In this document: positions 10,741-39,096 of the stretch, piece by piece | Numbering within the stretch: position 1 is the first letter of the stretch | Layout: every line of letters begins with the position of its first letter | NCBI RefSeq assembly: GCF_009914755.1 | Contig: NC_060941.1 | Source of the DNA: the human T2T-CHM13v2.0 reference genome, Homo sapiens | Direction: 5' to 3' (one strand) | DNA: 64,000 bases | The notes under the pieces: generated by a model | The model's input: only the letters and a program-made list of their open reading frames with translations | Told to the model about the DNA's origin: nothing | Database searches by the model: none | Program-made: the position numbers and the translations under genes

Positions 10741-13700
10741 TGTGTTTCTGATGAGCCTGCTGCATCTAGGACGCTCCACGGAGCATGAGGGGAATCTTTG
10801 CTCCCCATGCCCCACTGGCCACCAGTGCTTCCTGCTTCCATCCCCCAACATCCCGGCCCCCAAAAGAGCCGGCCCCACCTCTGTTCTGACACGGGCTTTG
10901 CTGCCTCTTTGCTGCCACAGAACTCCTTCCAAAACACAAATCTCATCCTTTAATTCACCTACTTGAAAAATAAAAATCTTTGATGGGTCCCCATTGTTTT
11001 CAGGATAAAGTTCAAATTCCTTAGGGATGCCGTACCACGTTTTAAGGATTGGGTCTCCTGTGCCTGCGTCCTTCCTCCTCATCTTCCTCCTTGGCATGGC
11101 CAGCTACTCCACCCTCCCCTCCGCTTGCTTCTTTCTTGTCTCTGTTACTGTTGTCTCAGCTGACCATCTACACGGCTGCAGCCTTAGTCCCCAGGACACT
11201 CTGCTTGTCAGCATGGAGTTTTTGAAATAATAGATTTGAATGCCTTTAGGTGGGGCATGCACCCTCTGGGTCACTCTACTCCCCTCCACTTCCTGCACCT
11301 TATGCCCATTCCCTCTATTACCTTGTCGGCCTCTGATGGCAATGGAGTTTGCCATTCCTGCCACATCCTGGGCCCATTGCAGCTCCTTGTTGGGCTTGAC
11401 AACTCCTACACACCCTTGAAAACCCACCTTAAATACCTCTCTGACCCAGGTTCACTATTCCCTTCTTGTCTTGCCCTTGCCCTGGTCAATGCTGTATCTT
11501 ATTCTGTTGCAGTGGCTTTGTGACATATGTGTCACTCTCCCCACCAGACTGGTCATCCCTGAATCCCTCAAACAATGAGAGTTGCCTGAATGTCCGAAGC
11601 AAAGAGGAGAGATTTTTTCCAACAGCGACCCCAGGCTGCAGCGTTCCTCTCCTCCCCAGCCAAGTTTCTGGCAGGCAAGAAACTGGCCCTGAATTAGCTT
11701 CAGCATCCCCCTTTGCCACCATTTATGTCCGAGCTGTGAGGCACACATCTCTCATGGGTTCATTTTTTCCTTGCTTTGCTTTTGAGAATTATGAAAGATC
11801 TTCGGTCTCATTGCTCGAAGGTGGGGAGGGTGCCTCAGAGCTGCTCATTCAAACCGTGAAAAAGGCCAGCTCAGCCCTGCTTGGGAGTTTTCATTTTGTG
11901 TAACAGAAACCCTCCCTCCTCACCCACCTCTTGCTCCTTGCTGGGCAGATGAAGAGCAGAACAACAGATCCTCCAAGGCCCACCCACCCCATCAACGGCC
12001 CAGAGAGCCCGTTTTGAGTAAAGCTTGTCAGCGGCTTCCCCTCCTACCAGTATTTCGGGTTTGACCGTTGGGGCTCTCTCAAGTTGAGTGAAGTGGCAAG
12101 AATATCCCTTCTTCCTGGACCAGAGATTACCCTCTCTCCCTGCATCAAAGCCTAGGAGTCTAGCACCCCTAAACCTAGTCTGGGGTAAGACACTCTGCAC
12201 ATCTTCCCAACCCCCTGTTCAGTCATGTAGATGGCTTGAAATCAATCAGCCAGGGTGGGAGAATTTACACCATGGAAATTGGCAAGCACTACAAATTCAG
12301 GACTTTCCCTCCACCCTGGAGTCAGCTACCAGTGCTCCACCCCGGGGAGCTGCTTTTCAAATGCCCAGTAGCACACCACTGGGCACTGCTTGGTTTCCTT
12401 CCTGGAGGCCAGTATGAAAGGCTGGAGCAGGGTCTTCTGTGGGTGACGTCTGTACTGTGGGATTGTGATGGGGGGTGGTGGAGGGGGTGCAGGGGAGTGG
12501 GATTTAAGGGTAGATTGGCTGGGAAATGAGGCATTTGGAAGAGATTTTCAAAAACTAAACTCTACGGAGTTCTTGATACGGTGTATTCATTCATTCCGCA
12601 GACATTTTCTCCTCACATCCTCAAAGCACCTGAACCTGCCTTTCAGGAGTTCACAGTCAGTGGGTGGGGTGACCACTTTAACCCTTTCACAGCTGTTTGC
12701 TGGGTCCAGATCCAGCGTTCAGGGCAGGCGGGAAAGTAAGAGATGAAATCAAGGAGGCTGTGGTGTGGCGAGGAGGGGTGTGAGGACAGCACCAGGGAAC
12801 CTTCACTTTTTAAAGCCAACCCTTTGCGGCTTTGAGGCCGCCGTGGTGCATTGTTTGCTGGTGAGACAAGCCATCTAGGAACCTGGTCTTCTTAGCCTCA
12901 GCCTGGTCTGACTCCACAGCTGAGATTTATAAAGGGGGCGTCTGGAGCTGGATGAACCACTCAGAACACCCTCAGTGCTTCCCCTTGACCCCTTCTAGGT
13001 TAGACCTGAGAAAGGGCTTTCTAAAGAGTAGAGTTATCTGCCGGGGCAGAGTGCGTGAGGTTTGCTCAGGGGCAGGGGCTGTGCTGAAGGCCTGGCTATG
13101 ATTTCTCCAAGCTGAGTGCCCCTTGCCATCCCATTCCATGTTGCCTGCCCGTTCCTTAACTTGCAAGAGGCAACAGCAAAGCCAGATCAAAGCAGGTGGG
13201 ATGTGCAGCAGAGAGAAAGCAACCAGAGCTTGCATTTGCAATGCACCGCACCATTCTCACAACCCAGTCACGTTTCATTTGCATCTCCTCATGACCCCAA
13301 GTGGACAGGTATATGAATATTTGGCAGGGGAGAAAGGTGGGAATCAGAGAGTGGGTAAAAGGTCCTAAGCTCTCTAGGGAGAATTTCTCTGTTGAAACCT
13401 GTCCCCAGAGGTCCCAGAGGGCCTAACCTATCACCCTCATGATGAGAACAGGTTCTGCCAGACCACCAAGCCCAGCCCCGCCACTCTCTTATGTCCCTGC
13501 TGTTTTAGAAAGACATGATCTCGGCCCCTCCCTTGTCCCCACTGGCACCAAAGGCTGACCCCTTCTCCAGGTCTGAAAGGGCAGGTGCACCCCTCCTGGG
13601 ACAGCAGGGGGCATTCTCTGGAAGTAGCTTCCAATGCCCACCAAATCAGAACTGATTTCTCCAGGAAGCACCCCTATGCGCTCCACCCGCATCCTCCACC

Positions 13701-13773
13701 CCCATTCCACAGGGTCAGTCTGGGTGTCCAAGACCCTGGTACTGTTCCTTCTCACATGAAGAGGCTCACTCAC

Positions 13774-13783
13774 CCAGGTCCAT
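13774..13783 (-). CDS. CCR7: CCR7 coding exon 1 (ATG GAC CTG G)
   Basis: Strong Kozak context gcgtcATGG followed by donor GTGAGT at 13773-13768. 10+50+1077 nt gives the 378-aa CCR7 starting MDLGKPMKS. Confidence 0.97.
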
Positions 13784-13799
13784 GACGCTCTCTGGGCGG

Positions 13800-14070
13800 T
13801 AAAACCACACAGGAAGGCTGTGCCCGGCCTCGCACTACCCCTGTCTGGGGAGGAAGTGGTTCAAGCCCCTTTTAAGTTGTCGGAGAAGCCACCCTCTTCC
13901 CTGCCCCTCCCACCCTTGCTCCTCCCCCCAGCCCTCCCTGACTCATGCAGGGCCCCTTCAATGCCTTCAGAGATAAAGGGGCAGAAGAAAGGTGACAGAG
14001 GGTGACAGTCGCTGGTCATAGGATCCTGAATCATTAGGTCATTTACATTCAAAAAGCCCCCTGCGCTGCC
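13800..14070 (-). promoter_or_regulatory. CCR7 core/proximal promoter
   Basis: TATA-like TTAAAA about 25-30 nt above ~13846; ETS AGGAAGTG 13851-13858; RUNX TGTGGT 13809-13804; CACCC/KLF-SP box about 13905-13915; kB-like GGGGCTTTT about 14052-14060. Confidence 0.75.
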
Positions 14071-14324
14071 TGGCAGAATCTAGATGAGGGGCCATTTACT
14101 GATTCAACAAATATTTATAGCATGAATATCACATGCCAGGCCATGGGTTAGATGTTGGGGAGTCAGAGATGTGTGAGAGAAGTGTCCCCATCCTTCCCTT
14201 GCTCTGCTCAGTGTCACAGTGGAATATAGTCCCAAATGGCTTTCCCTCTGGCTTCTGGGTAGTTTAGGCCAATGGGAGGCACTGACACATAATGACAGGT
14301 AAAAGGGAAGAGATATGCCACGAT

Positions 14325-14403
14325 GTATCTTTTTTCTCCCCCCTTCCCCTCCCCTCCCCTCCCTCCCCTTTCCCTCTTCTCCCCTCCCTTCCTTTTCCTT
14401 TCT
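14325..14403. repeat. Polypyrimidine/polypurine (CCCCT-like) tract
   Basis: About 75 nt consisting almost only of C and T. Confidence 0.85.
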
Positions 14404-24370
<9,967 letters not shown>

Positions 24371-24399
24371 TATATCTTTTTCCATTATTAGAATGTTTC

Positions 24400-24745
24400 T
24401 TTTCTCTATGCTTTCATTGGCATCCCAGCAGCAGCTACAAGTCTTTGATTCCAGAGTCCATCAGCCAGCCCCTACCACTGTGGTACCAGCACTTGATAAG
24501 TAACCCCCATCATGGTTCCAGCTCCTGCCCCAGTTTCTGGGTTTTGGTAACATAACCTTCTCCCTGTGTCCCTCCAGCTCTAGGGGTGGTGGCAACTTCC
24601 TGCGGTTATTAATCTCTGGGTGGCCTTGCCCTCCCTTGTTTGGCTTCAGCTCTTCCATCACCTGTATAACTGGTTCTCTATGTTAAATTTCTTCTGTTTG
24701 GAATACCTAGAGTGGCTCTTGTTTGCTTTGACTCTGATTGATACA
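24400..24745 (+). mobile_element. ERVL solo LTR (LTR33-like)
   Basis: CCCTCCAGCTCTAGGGGTGGTGGCAACTTCCTGC...TACCTAGAGTGG...CTGATTGATACA terminus. Confidence 0.65.
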
Positions 24746-25434
24746 AGGTGATTACTGTCCCCAAGGAGTTTAAGTTATAGAAGAAGTTAAGGTTAGATCA
24801 TACCCCTGTTGTCAACGGTTATTATGGTCAAGAGCAAGTCTGACATGGCACTCGACTTCAAACAAGGGAAGGAAACCGAAGATTGCACGGGGCTGATAGC
24901 AAGACAGACAAGCAGGTAGAATAGCTTTCATTCTCTCTAAACTTATAAAAAACATTCCATTGGGGTGTAATGCATGAGCCTAGCTCTTTGGCAGCTGCCA
25001 GTGTAGTTTTGGGTAAGTTTCTTGCTCTCTCTAGGCTTCATTGTTCTCAAGTGTAAAGTGAGGTGATTAGACAGCCTAGAAGGACCTAAGCTTTGGCCTT
25101 CTGAGACTGAAGTCTGGGACCTTCCCCTGGCACCCAGCCCCTTGCTTAGCCATTCTCCATTATTCCCAATTGCCCAAATGAAGGCATGAGAAATTCTTGC
25201 CAAAATTTTGCTTCAGCCCAAAGGTTTTGGTTGCCCTTATCACCGGCTTTTGGAGCAGATTCACTTTTAGGGATATCAGCAATCTCTGGAACTAGGTGGA
25301 AGGACTCTAAGAGGTTATACATTGGCAGGTGTGTTGGTAAGAAAGGTCAGGGCAACTTCAGTTTGGAACTATTTCAGAAGCTTTCTGCTGGAGTCCTTTT
25401 CCATGTGCCAGATGCACCTTAAAAAATGAGTTTA

Positions 25435-25730
25435 GGCTGGTGGCTCACACCTTTAATCCTAGTACTTTGGGAGGCCCAGAAGGGAGGATCATTTGAGGCC
25501 AGGAGTTTGAGACCAACCTGGCCAGCAGAGTGAGACCCTGTCTCTACTAAAAGATAAACAACTTAGCTGGGTGTGGTGGTGAGCACCTACAGTCCTAGTT
25601 ACTTGGGAGGCTGAGGTGGGAGGATTGCTTGAACCCAGGAGTTTGAGGCTGCAGCAAGCTATGATTGTGCTACTACACTCCAGCCTGGGTGACAGAGTGA
25701 GACTCTGTCTAAAAGAATAAAAATAAAAAT
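25435..25730 (+). mobile_element. AluJ-like
   Basis: Dimeric Alu, (A)nT tail, TSD AAAAATGAG(T/C)TTA. Confidence 0.92.
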
Positions 25731-26822
25731 AAAAATGAGCTTAATGCCAGACCTGTCTGTATTTCAGTCCTGCCTCTCCTATAACTTCTAGGTGACCTTG
25801 GGCAAGTCACTTCTCTCTGGTTCTTGGATGCCCATCCGAAAAGCAATAGGATTAGACCCTACAAACTCTAGGCTTCTTTCTCAGGATAATCTTTTTTATC
25901 CATGAGAATTTTCTTGGTTCTTTAGCTAGCATAGACTCCCCACAGAAGGTCCCAGAGGAATAAGAGTTTATGAACAGACTAGAACTGGAGAGTTCGTGGC
26001 AGATGTGCCAGGTTGTCAGGGGGATAAAGGGCCGCTCCTTGGTTCTGATTTCCTCAGCAGCCTGTGCTTGATGCCAAGTGGTGTTGTCCAACCCAGACCT
26101 GATTCCTCCCTTGACTGTCCTCCGACCTTCCAATTCTAGCTGCATGGACATTGCACACTTGGTCTCAGGAGACTCCAGTTTCAGTTTCTTAGCTGGTTCT
26201 CTGAGTGAGGTGATGGGGAATCCCTAGCATTTCTTAGTACTGATTGTGAGCTTCCCCTCTGCATGTTAGCATGCAGTTCGTGACGATTCACTACAAATCT
26301 GCTCTTTATGGAGGGAGAGTATAGGGGGAGCCCAGTATCACTTTCCAAATCCTACCCATCCTTTGAGGCCCAGGCAGGCCCTACCTATACCACAGTTTGT
26401 CCTCTGAACTCTGAGAGCACTTAACTTCAGGGACACCCAAATTGACATTTACATCAAGGGCATGTGAATTATTTTCTATTTTAGAATAGAGTTTGTACTT
26501 CTTGAAAATAATATTGTACCATGTAGCTCTTTTTGGTAATCTTTGCATTGCCTTGAATAGTGCTGATTTTAAAACTAGATTTTAAAATATAATTTGGCAT
26601 AGTTCAATAAGTCTGGGTTTCATGTGCTGTCTTCTCTATCCCAGGAGATTCTGTCTCATGTTATTGTTAAGAGCATGTGTGGCATGCCTAGCAAGAAACC
26701 TGAAGCCAGCTCCTTGAGATTGCTCCCTCTTTCACTCTGGAGATTCCTAAAAGTCAATGCAAGAATTCTAGAAAGGAGCCCCTGATGGATGCCAAGGGTG
26801 TCATTTGAATGGGCACCATTGT

Positions 26823-27475
26823 TGCTGGAGAGGATGTGGAGAAATAGGAACACTTTTACACTGTTGGTGGGACTGTAAACTAGTTCAACCATTGTGGAAG
26901 ACAGTGTGGCGATTCCTCAAGGATCTAGAACTAGAAATACCATTTGACCCAGCAATCCCATTACTGGGTATATACCCAAAGGATTATAAATCATGCTGCT
27001 ATAAAGACACATAAACACATATGTTTATTGCGGCACTATTCACAAGAGCAAAGACTTGGAACCAACCCAAATGTCCATCAATGACAGACTGGATTAAGAA
27101 AATGTGGCACATATACACCATGGAATACTATGCAGCCATAAAAAAAGATGAGTTCATGTCCTTTGTAGGGACATGGATGAAGCTGGAAACCATCATTCTG
27201 AGCAAACTATCGCAAGGACAGGAAACCAAACACCGCATATTCTCACGCATAGGTGGGAATTGAACAATGAGAACACTTGGACACAGGGTGGGGAATATCA
27301 CACACCGGGGCCTGTAGTGGGGTTGGGGGAGGGGGAGGGATAGCATTAGGAGATATACGTAATGTAAATGATGAGTTAATGGGTGCAGCACAGCAACATG
27401 GCACGTATACATATGTAACAAACCTGCATGTTGTGCACATGTACCTTAGAACTTAAAGTATAAAAAAAAAAAAAA
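26823..27475 (+). mobile_element. 5'-truncated young L1PA (approx. PA4-6) with poly(A) and perfect 16-bp TSD
   Basis: ORF2 C-terminus ([15 protein letters not shown]; WHIYTMEYY), G-rich 3'UTR, A-tail; TSD GAATGGGCACCATTGT at 26807-26822 and 27476-27491. Confidence 0.97.
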
Positions 27476-28097
27476 GAATGGGCACCATTGTGTCCAAGGT
27501 GTGCTGTGGATATAGTTTGTGTCATAAGTGAAGGAGAGCTCTCTGAGTTCATGTTCTCCAATTGGAGTGCCATGGACACTTCAAAGTATCTGTCCAAAGA
27601 ACATGTTCATAAGAGATGCCAAAAAGCACTGTGCTTGTTTATATCCGGGGCATCTTTGGGCCACTTGGTCTTTAGTCTTCCAAAGACTGATTGCCTTATG
27701 GAAGTAGAGACTGTTCAACATGGAATACTTAATAAGCAGGTGCTTAATAAACATTTGATTGATTGATGAAGGGACTTTAAACTTTTCCAAAGATGCTACC
27801 GCTCCCTTTACCCCTGTCTGGAGAATGCCTTTCTTCCTTACTTTCAAATTTCCTTTGTTGGACACTGACTGCAGATCCTGGTATCGGCAGTAGCTTGAGT
27901 ATCATGGCAGAGCAGAGAACATCTTGCTCCTAAGGAATGGACTCTAGGGTACCTGTTTTCACCTGCAGTGTTGTCATTTATTCATTCAACAAATATTTAG
28001 TGAACACTATGTGCCAGGCGTGGTGCTGGACTCTACAAATACAAAGATGAACACACATGGTCCCTGGCCTTGCCAAGTTTACATAAAGCACTGTGGG

Positions 28098-28447
28098 TGT
28101 ATTACTGTGCTCCGGATGCTGTACCAAAATACCACAGGCTGAATGGCTTAAGGTCCAGCAGGGTTGGCTTCTGGTGAGGGCCCTCTTCCTGGTTTGCAGA
28201 TGGCCACCTTCTCCTTCTTGCTATGCCCTCACATAGCCTTTCCTTGGTGCATGTGTGAGGGGAGAGGGAGGGTGTTCTCTGGGGTCTCTTCTTATAAGAA
28301 CACATCTTATTGGATCAGAACCCCACCTTTATGCCCTCATTTAACACTAATTGTATCCTTAGAGGTCCTATCTCCAACTGCAGCCATATTGGGGGTTAGG
28401 GCTTTAACATATGCATTTAGGGGGGACATAAACATTCAGTTCATAAA
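28098..28447 (-). mobile_element. MLT1-type MaLR LTR
   Basis: AAAATACCACAGGCTGAATGGCTTAA; GGTTTGCAGATGGCCACCTTCT; GGGGTTAGGGCTTTAACATATG. Confidence 0.8.
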
Positions 28448-28887
28448 AATGAGGCACATGAACAAATGAAAAAGCAATTACCTATAAGCAGTAAAAGCAT
28501 AAAAACAAGCAGGAGGTAGTATACACTAAATTTAGGATGGGGAGGGAAGGGGATGCAAAGAGAGAGAGGTATGCAGGGGCTTAAACTGGTATTTGCTATA
28601 TCTACTGGTAATGATTTGTCTTCATTCAAGACCTACAAAAGTCTTCATTGTATTATTCTTTACACCTTTAAGTATTAATTATTTCACAATATTTAAAAAA
28701 TAATAGAAGACACTATTATTGTGCAATGTAGTAAGAGGTAACTAGGGGGGCATGCTCAACATGCTGTAGGAGCACATAGAAGGGGAATCAGGAAGGGTAT
28801 AAAAAAGATGGCATCTACAGAGGAGTAGAAGGGGCCCAGGTGCAGGGGGAAGGCAGTGGTGAGTGGTCAGTAGAAGGACCAAGGCCA

Positions 28888-29198
28888 GGCTGGGAGTGGT
28901 GGTCCATGCCTGTAATCCCAGCATTCTGGGAGGCCAAGGTGGGAGGACTGCTTGAGCCCAGGAGTTTGAGTGTAGTCTGGGCAACATGGTGAAACCTCAT
29001 CTCTCCAAAAAAATCCAAAAATTAGCCGGGTGTGGTGGCGTAGGCCTGTAGTGCCCTCTACTTGGAAGGCTGAGAGGCAGGAGGATTGCTTGAGCCTGGG
29101 AAGTCAAGACTGCAGTGAGCTGTGATCAAGCCACTGCACTCCAGCCTGGGCAACAGAGCAAGGCCCTGTCTCAAAAAAAAAAAAAAAAAAAAAAAAAA
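28888..29198 (+). mobile_element. AluJ-like
   Basis: Dimeric Alu with long poly(A); ACCAAGGCCAG flanking repeats. Confidence 0.93.
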
Positions 29199-30729
29199 AT
29201 TACCAAGGCCAGAAGTCTTGCCGGGCTGACCTCAGCAAGCTTACTTTCTCTGAGTTGCTTAATTTGGGAATTCAGAAGACAGGGTGAGCTATACTGTTTA
29301 ACTTGGCTTTTGGGGTGATGTGGCCTGTGGGGCCAATGTCTGGCCTTTTTTGCCTGCTCAGTGGTGTGGCTGTGTTTGGCACGTGAATTATGTTTGACTT
29401 TGGCCATGTCTTTGAAGGCAATCTCTCTTTGCTGCTGTGGCATCTAGAACAGGTGGTGTTTACAGCGTTTCCCAGAATTGCCTGCTTCCTAGGACTTTAC
29501 CTTTCCATTTGTCCCTCTATTCATTCATCCAGCATCCATTCACTGAGCACCTACTCTGCCAGGTATTAGGCCAGGTGCTAGGGCTTGAAGGCCCATCAAC
29601 CTAGTCCTGGGCCTTGAGGAGCTTGACAAGCAATGGAAAATAGCATGGGCATCCACATCTCCAAGCACATCCTTATACCTCATCTCATTTAGCCCTCGGG
29701 CTGCCCTGTGTGGCAGGTTTCCATTCTATGATTGAGGAAGCTGAGACTTGAAAGGAAAGTGACTTGATATTTGACTCTAAGCTAAGGGGCTTTTCCCACT
29801 ATGCCAGGCTGCCTTTACTGATGTTGGGCATGGTCGGAAGAGCTCAGACCACGGCTGCCCCCTCTCTTCCTGGGAAAGACACCCTCAGACAGGTCTTTAC
29901 ATCCCATCCTGTTTTACGAAGGTTTCTGAGAATGAGCAGGGAGAAGGACCTACAAGTAACCTTTATAGTCATTCAGTCCAACCACCTCACTGATGACTTG
30001 GTTACCCAGAGGATAAAGAAAAGCTTAGCTTACCAGAAACTCCAGCCCCTGTTATTATGAAAAAGAACAGGACAAGTCTTGAGACCCCTAGAGGAGGCCT
30101 CTGATCTGGAGAGAATCGACAGAGGAGCCAGACCCAGAGTCCCCTGGAGGGAGCCAGGTCTGCAGAAGCTCAGAAACTCAGTCCTGCCTTTCTTGCATAT
30201 GGAGTCCATGGTCATAGTAGCAGTGTCCTGGCTCTACCCAGAGTGTCCAATGGCTTCCTGTCCCTCTGGACTTGTCATTTAGTGGGCAAAGTCCAAGATC
30301 ACACCTCTCACTCCTGCCCCCACCTCTTGCCCCTGTTTTATCTCACTTGGGAATAATCTGTTCCCATGTGAAGCCAACGAAAATGAGCCTCCACCAGTGT
30401 GGGGTAACCCAACAGGCAGATTTGGTATGGACACAGGGCCCCAGCCAGATGAAGACATCCCAAAGTTGAGAAGAGTTCAGTAATCAGAAAATCTAAAAAG
30501 ATGCTCTTTTAATTTCAGCACACATGTACATTTTGTGTTGTCTGGTGAGTATTAGGAATTATATTTGGAGAGAGACTGCAATCTTTATAGGGTTCAGGGC
30601 CTTTTAAGGTCTTACTCGGACCTTGGACAACCAAGAGGGAAAGGGCCAACAGGTGTGAGGAAAATAAGTTGTGAGGCTGCAGGGAGGAAGAGGATGGCTC
30701 ACCAGGATGAAGAAAAGGGAAGGAGAGGA

Positions 30730-30768
30730 GCTCTCAGTGGTGCAATTGGTTAGCGTGTGGCACTTACA
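30730..30768 (+). pseudogene. Retroposed 5' half of tRNA-Ile(TAT) (tailless retropseudogene)
   Basis: GCTCTCAGTGGTGCAATTGGTTAGCGTGTGGCACTTACA versus recalled tRNA-Ile-TAT 5' exon GCTCCAGTGGCGCAATCGGTTAGCGCGCGGTACTTATA; most differences are CpG decay. Direct repeat GAAAAGGGAAGGAG at 30712-30725 and 30770-30783. Confidence 0.8.
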
Positions 30769-31446
30769 TGAAAAGGGAAGGAGGGCTTGGCACAGGCTAG
30801 CGGGAAGCCTCAGGTCACCCTGACACCTGTTGCCATGGCCCGGCGGCGGTTTCCTGACTTGTCAGGACGTGTGCACAGAGAGAACAATGGGTTTGCCTTG
30901 ACAGGAAGATGCTTCCTGTTTTGCTGCATGGGTTCATTGTTGGGCATTAAGAGGGAGGGGTCTATGTGTCTGTGTTTTTCGTGTTGCCAAAAGCTCTCTG
31001 AGGGGAGAAGTGGGGGTGAGTGAGGACGGGGGTCTGAGGAAAGGTGAAAGGGAAAGGAAGGGAGCAGTTATTCTTCCAGAATTGCTCAGCCAAACCTCAC
31101 GCCATTCTAGTTTCAGCCAACCAGAGAGGGTGGGGCTGGCCCTGCTGTCCTACTGTCCCCAAGAGCTCTAAGCCCAGAGCTTTTGTGCATGACTGAGGGC
31201 TGCCCAGAATCCCTCCTTTTGTTCCCCAGTGAGACCCGGTGGTGACCTTTATCTTGGCAAGGTGGCAAGGGCGACAGGAAACTTGGACTGAAATAACCTC
31301 TGTGGTGAAAGCAGGGGTGGGAAATGTTGAGGCTGGTCTCATGGCGAGTGATAAATTAGACATCCAAGATGCCCACTCCCCACCTCCAGCCTGCCCATTG
31401 CTGGGCCAACCCTGCACATTCACAACTGAAATTGTACATTTTTAAA

Positions 31447-37937
<6,491 letters not shown>

Positions 37938-38789
37938 ACTTGGATTGAAATTGTCCATTTTAAACATGATTAGAAAGCCCAGGTATCTTGATGCTCATTG
38001 ATCCTGAGACCATCTGTTGCAGTGAAAACGTGTGTGGGGTTCCAGTCTTGGCTCTGCCAGCCAAATTTCCATGAGGCCCTTTTCTCCTGGTTCCTTATCT
38101 GGGGATTGAACCAGATGATCTTGTCTGTCCTCTCTGGTCTCACATTTGGGGATTCCATTGATCATCTCCTAGTGGGACTGTGGCCTCAGAGAAGCTTAGG
38201 TTATGCACATTTAGGAAATCCCAGTAGAGCTTTGGTCAGAAAGAAAAGATGGGTGAAAGGTGGAGTCCTGAAACCCTCCTGTTCCTCCCCATACAACTGT
38301 TTAAGGAGACCATATCTATTTCATCCTCCTCTTGTGCTTTTAATGGCATTCAAAGCCCTTCTCTATCTGGCCCAGTTGACATCACTGACCTCAATCTCTC
38401 TACTCCCCCACTGTAGCTACTTTGTGCTCCAGCCATTCCGAGTGACCTGTGGGTTCCCTAAAAGCATTGTGCACTTTCATTTTTCTGGGATTTTCCACAT
38501 GCTCTTCTGTCAGGCTAAGGTGGCTCCAGCTCCTTCTCTCCCGTGTCACACTCTAACTCATTATTCAAGACCCAGCTCAAATACTCTCACCTCCTGAAGA
38601 ATTCTTGAAGTCCCTGAACCCACAAATGCTGTTCACACTGCTAGGATAGCACCTCTTAGTCAAATTTGTATCATGGGCATGCATGCATTTTTCTCCCTCT
38701 ATCAGCTTACCATTACGTGGCATCTTATTTATTTCTTACATATTTAACACAGTACCTGGCATATTCTTGGTGCTCAGCCAAAGAGTGCT

Positions 38790-39096
38790 AAGTTAAAATG
38801 AAGGATATTTCTGTTGATTTGACCCCAAACAGGCTACACTCAGAGTGCATAAAATAGTGGCCACTCTTTGAGTTGAGTTGGATCTGATAATTAATTGGTT
38901 TAGATCCAGTTAGAGGCCTTTTATGTCTGCCTGGGTTAGACAGAAACTGATAGTAAATGGAAATATTGCAAGGGGTGTAAATTTCAGCTTTTGGAAATTT
39001 GCAAGGATTTTTATATTCTACCTTCTTTATTTCTTTTTCCCTTGTGTGCTTAGGTAGGGAAAAATCATTGGCTAGGTTGATCAAGGGGATCCTCAA
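38790..39096 (+). mobile_element. ERV1 (MER4-group) internal fragment
   Basis: TAGGTAGGGAAAAATCATTGGCTAGGTTGATCAAGGGGATC resembles the recalled MER4-group internal leader. Confidence 0.45.

Larger units (their letters stand above)
2143..13858 (-). other. CCR7: CCR7 transcription unit (5'UTR about 13784-13850; 3'UTR about 2143-3115)
   Basis: Exon structure above. Ends are approximate, based on a TATA-like CTTAAAAG near 13869-13876, a GU-rich downstream element at 2122-2139, and recollection of the mRNA ends. Confidence 0.85.

Noticed and set aside
26260-26276. TGCATG-TTAG-CATGCA palindrome as a p53 element
   Set aside because: Flanks fit RRRCWWGYYY poorly; short palindromes are expected by chance.
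30730-30810. Functional tRNA gene
   Set aside because: Only the 5' half is present; no T-arm/B-box or terminator.
37998-38597. 199-aa plus-strand ORF
   Set aside because: Non-ATG start, overlaps MIR/L2 relics, no domain.
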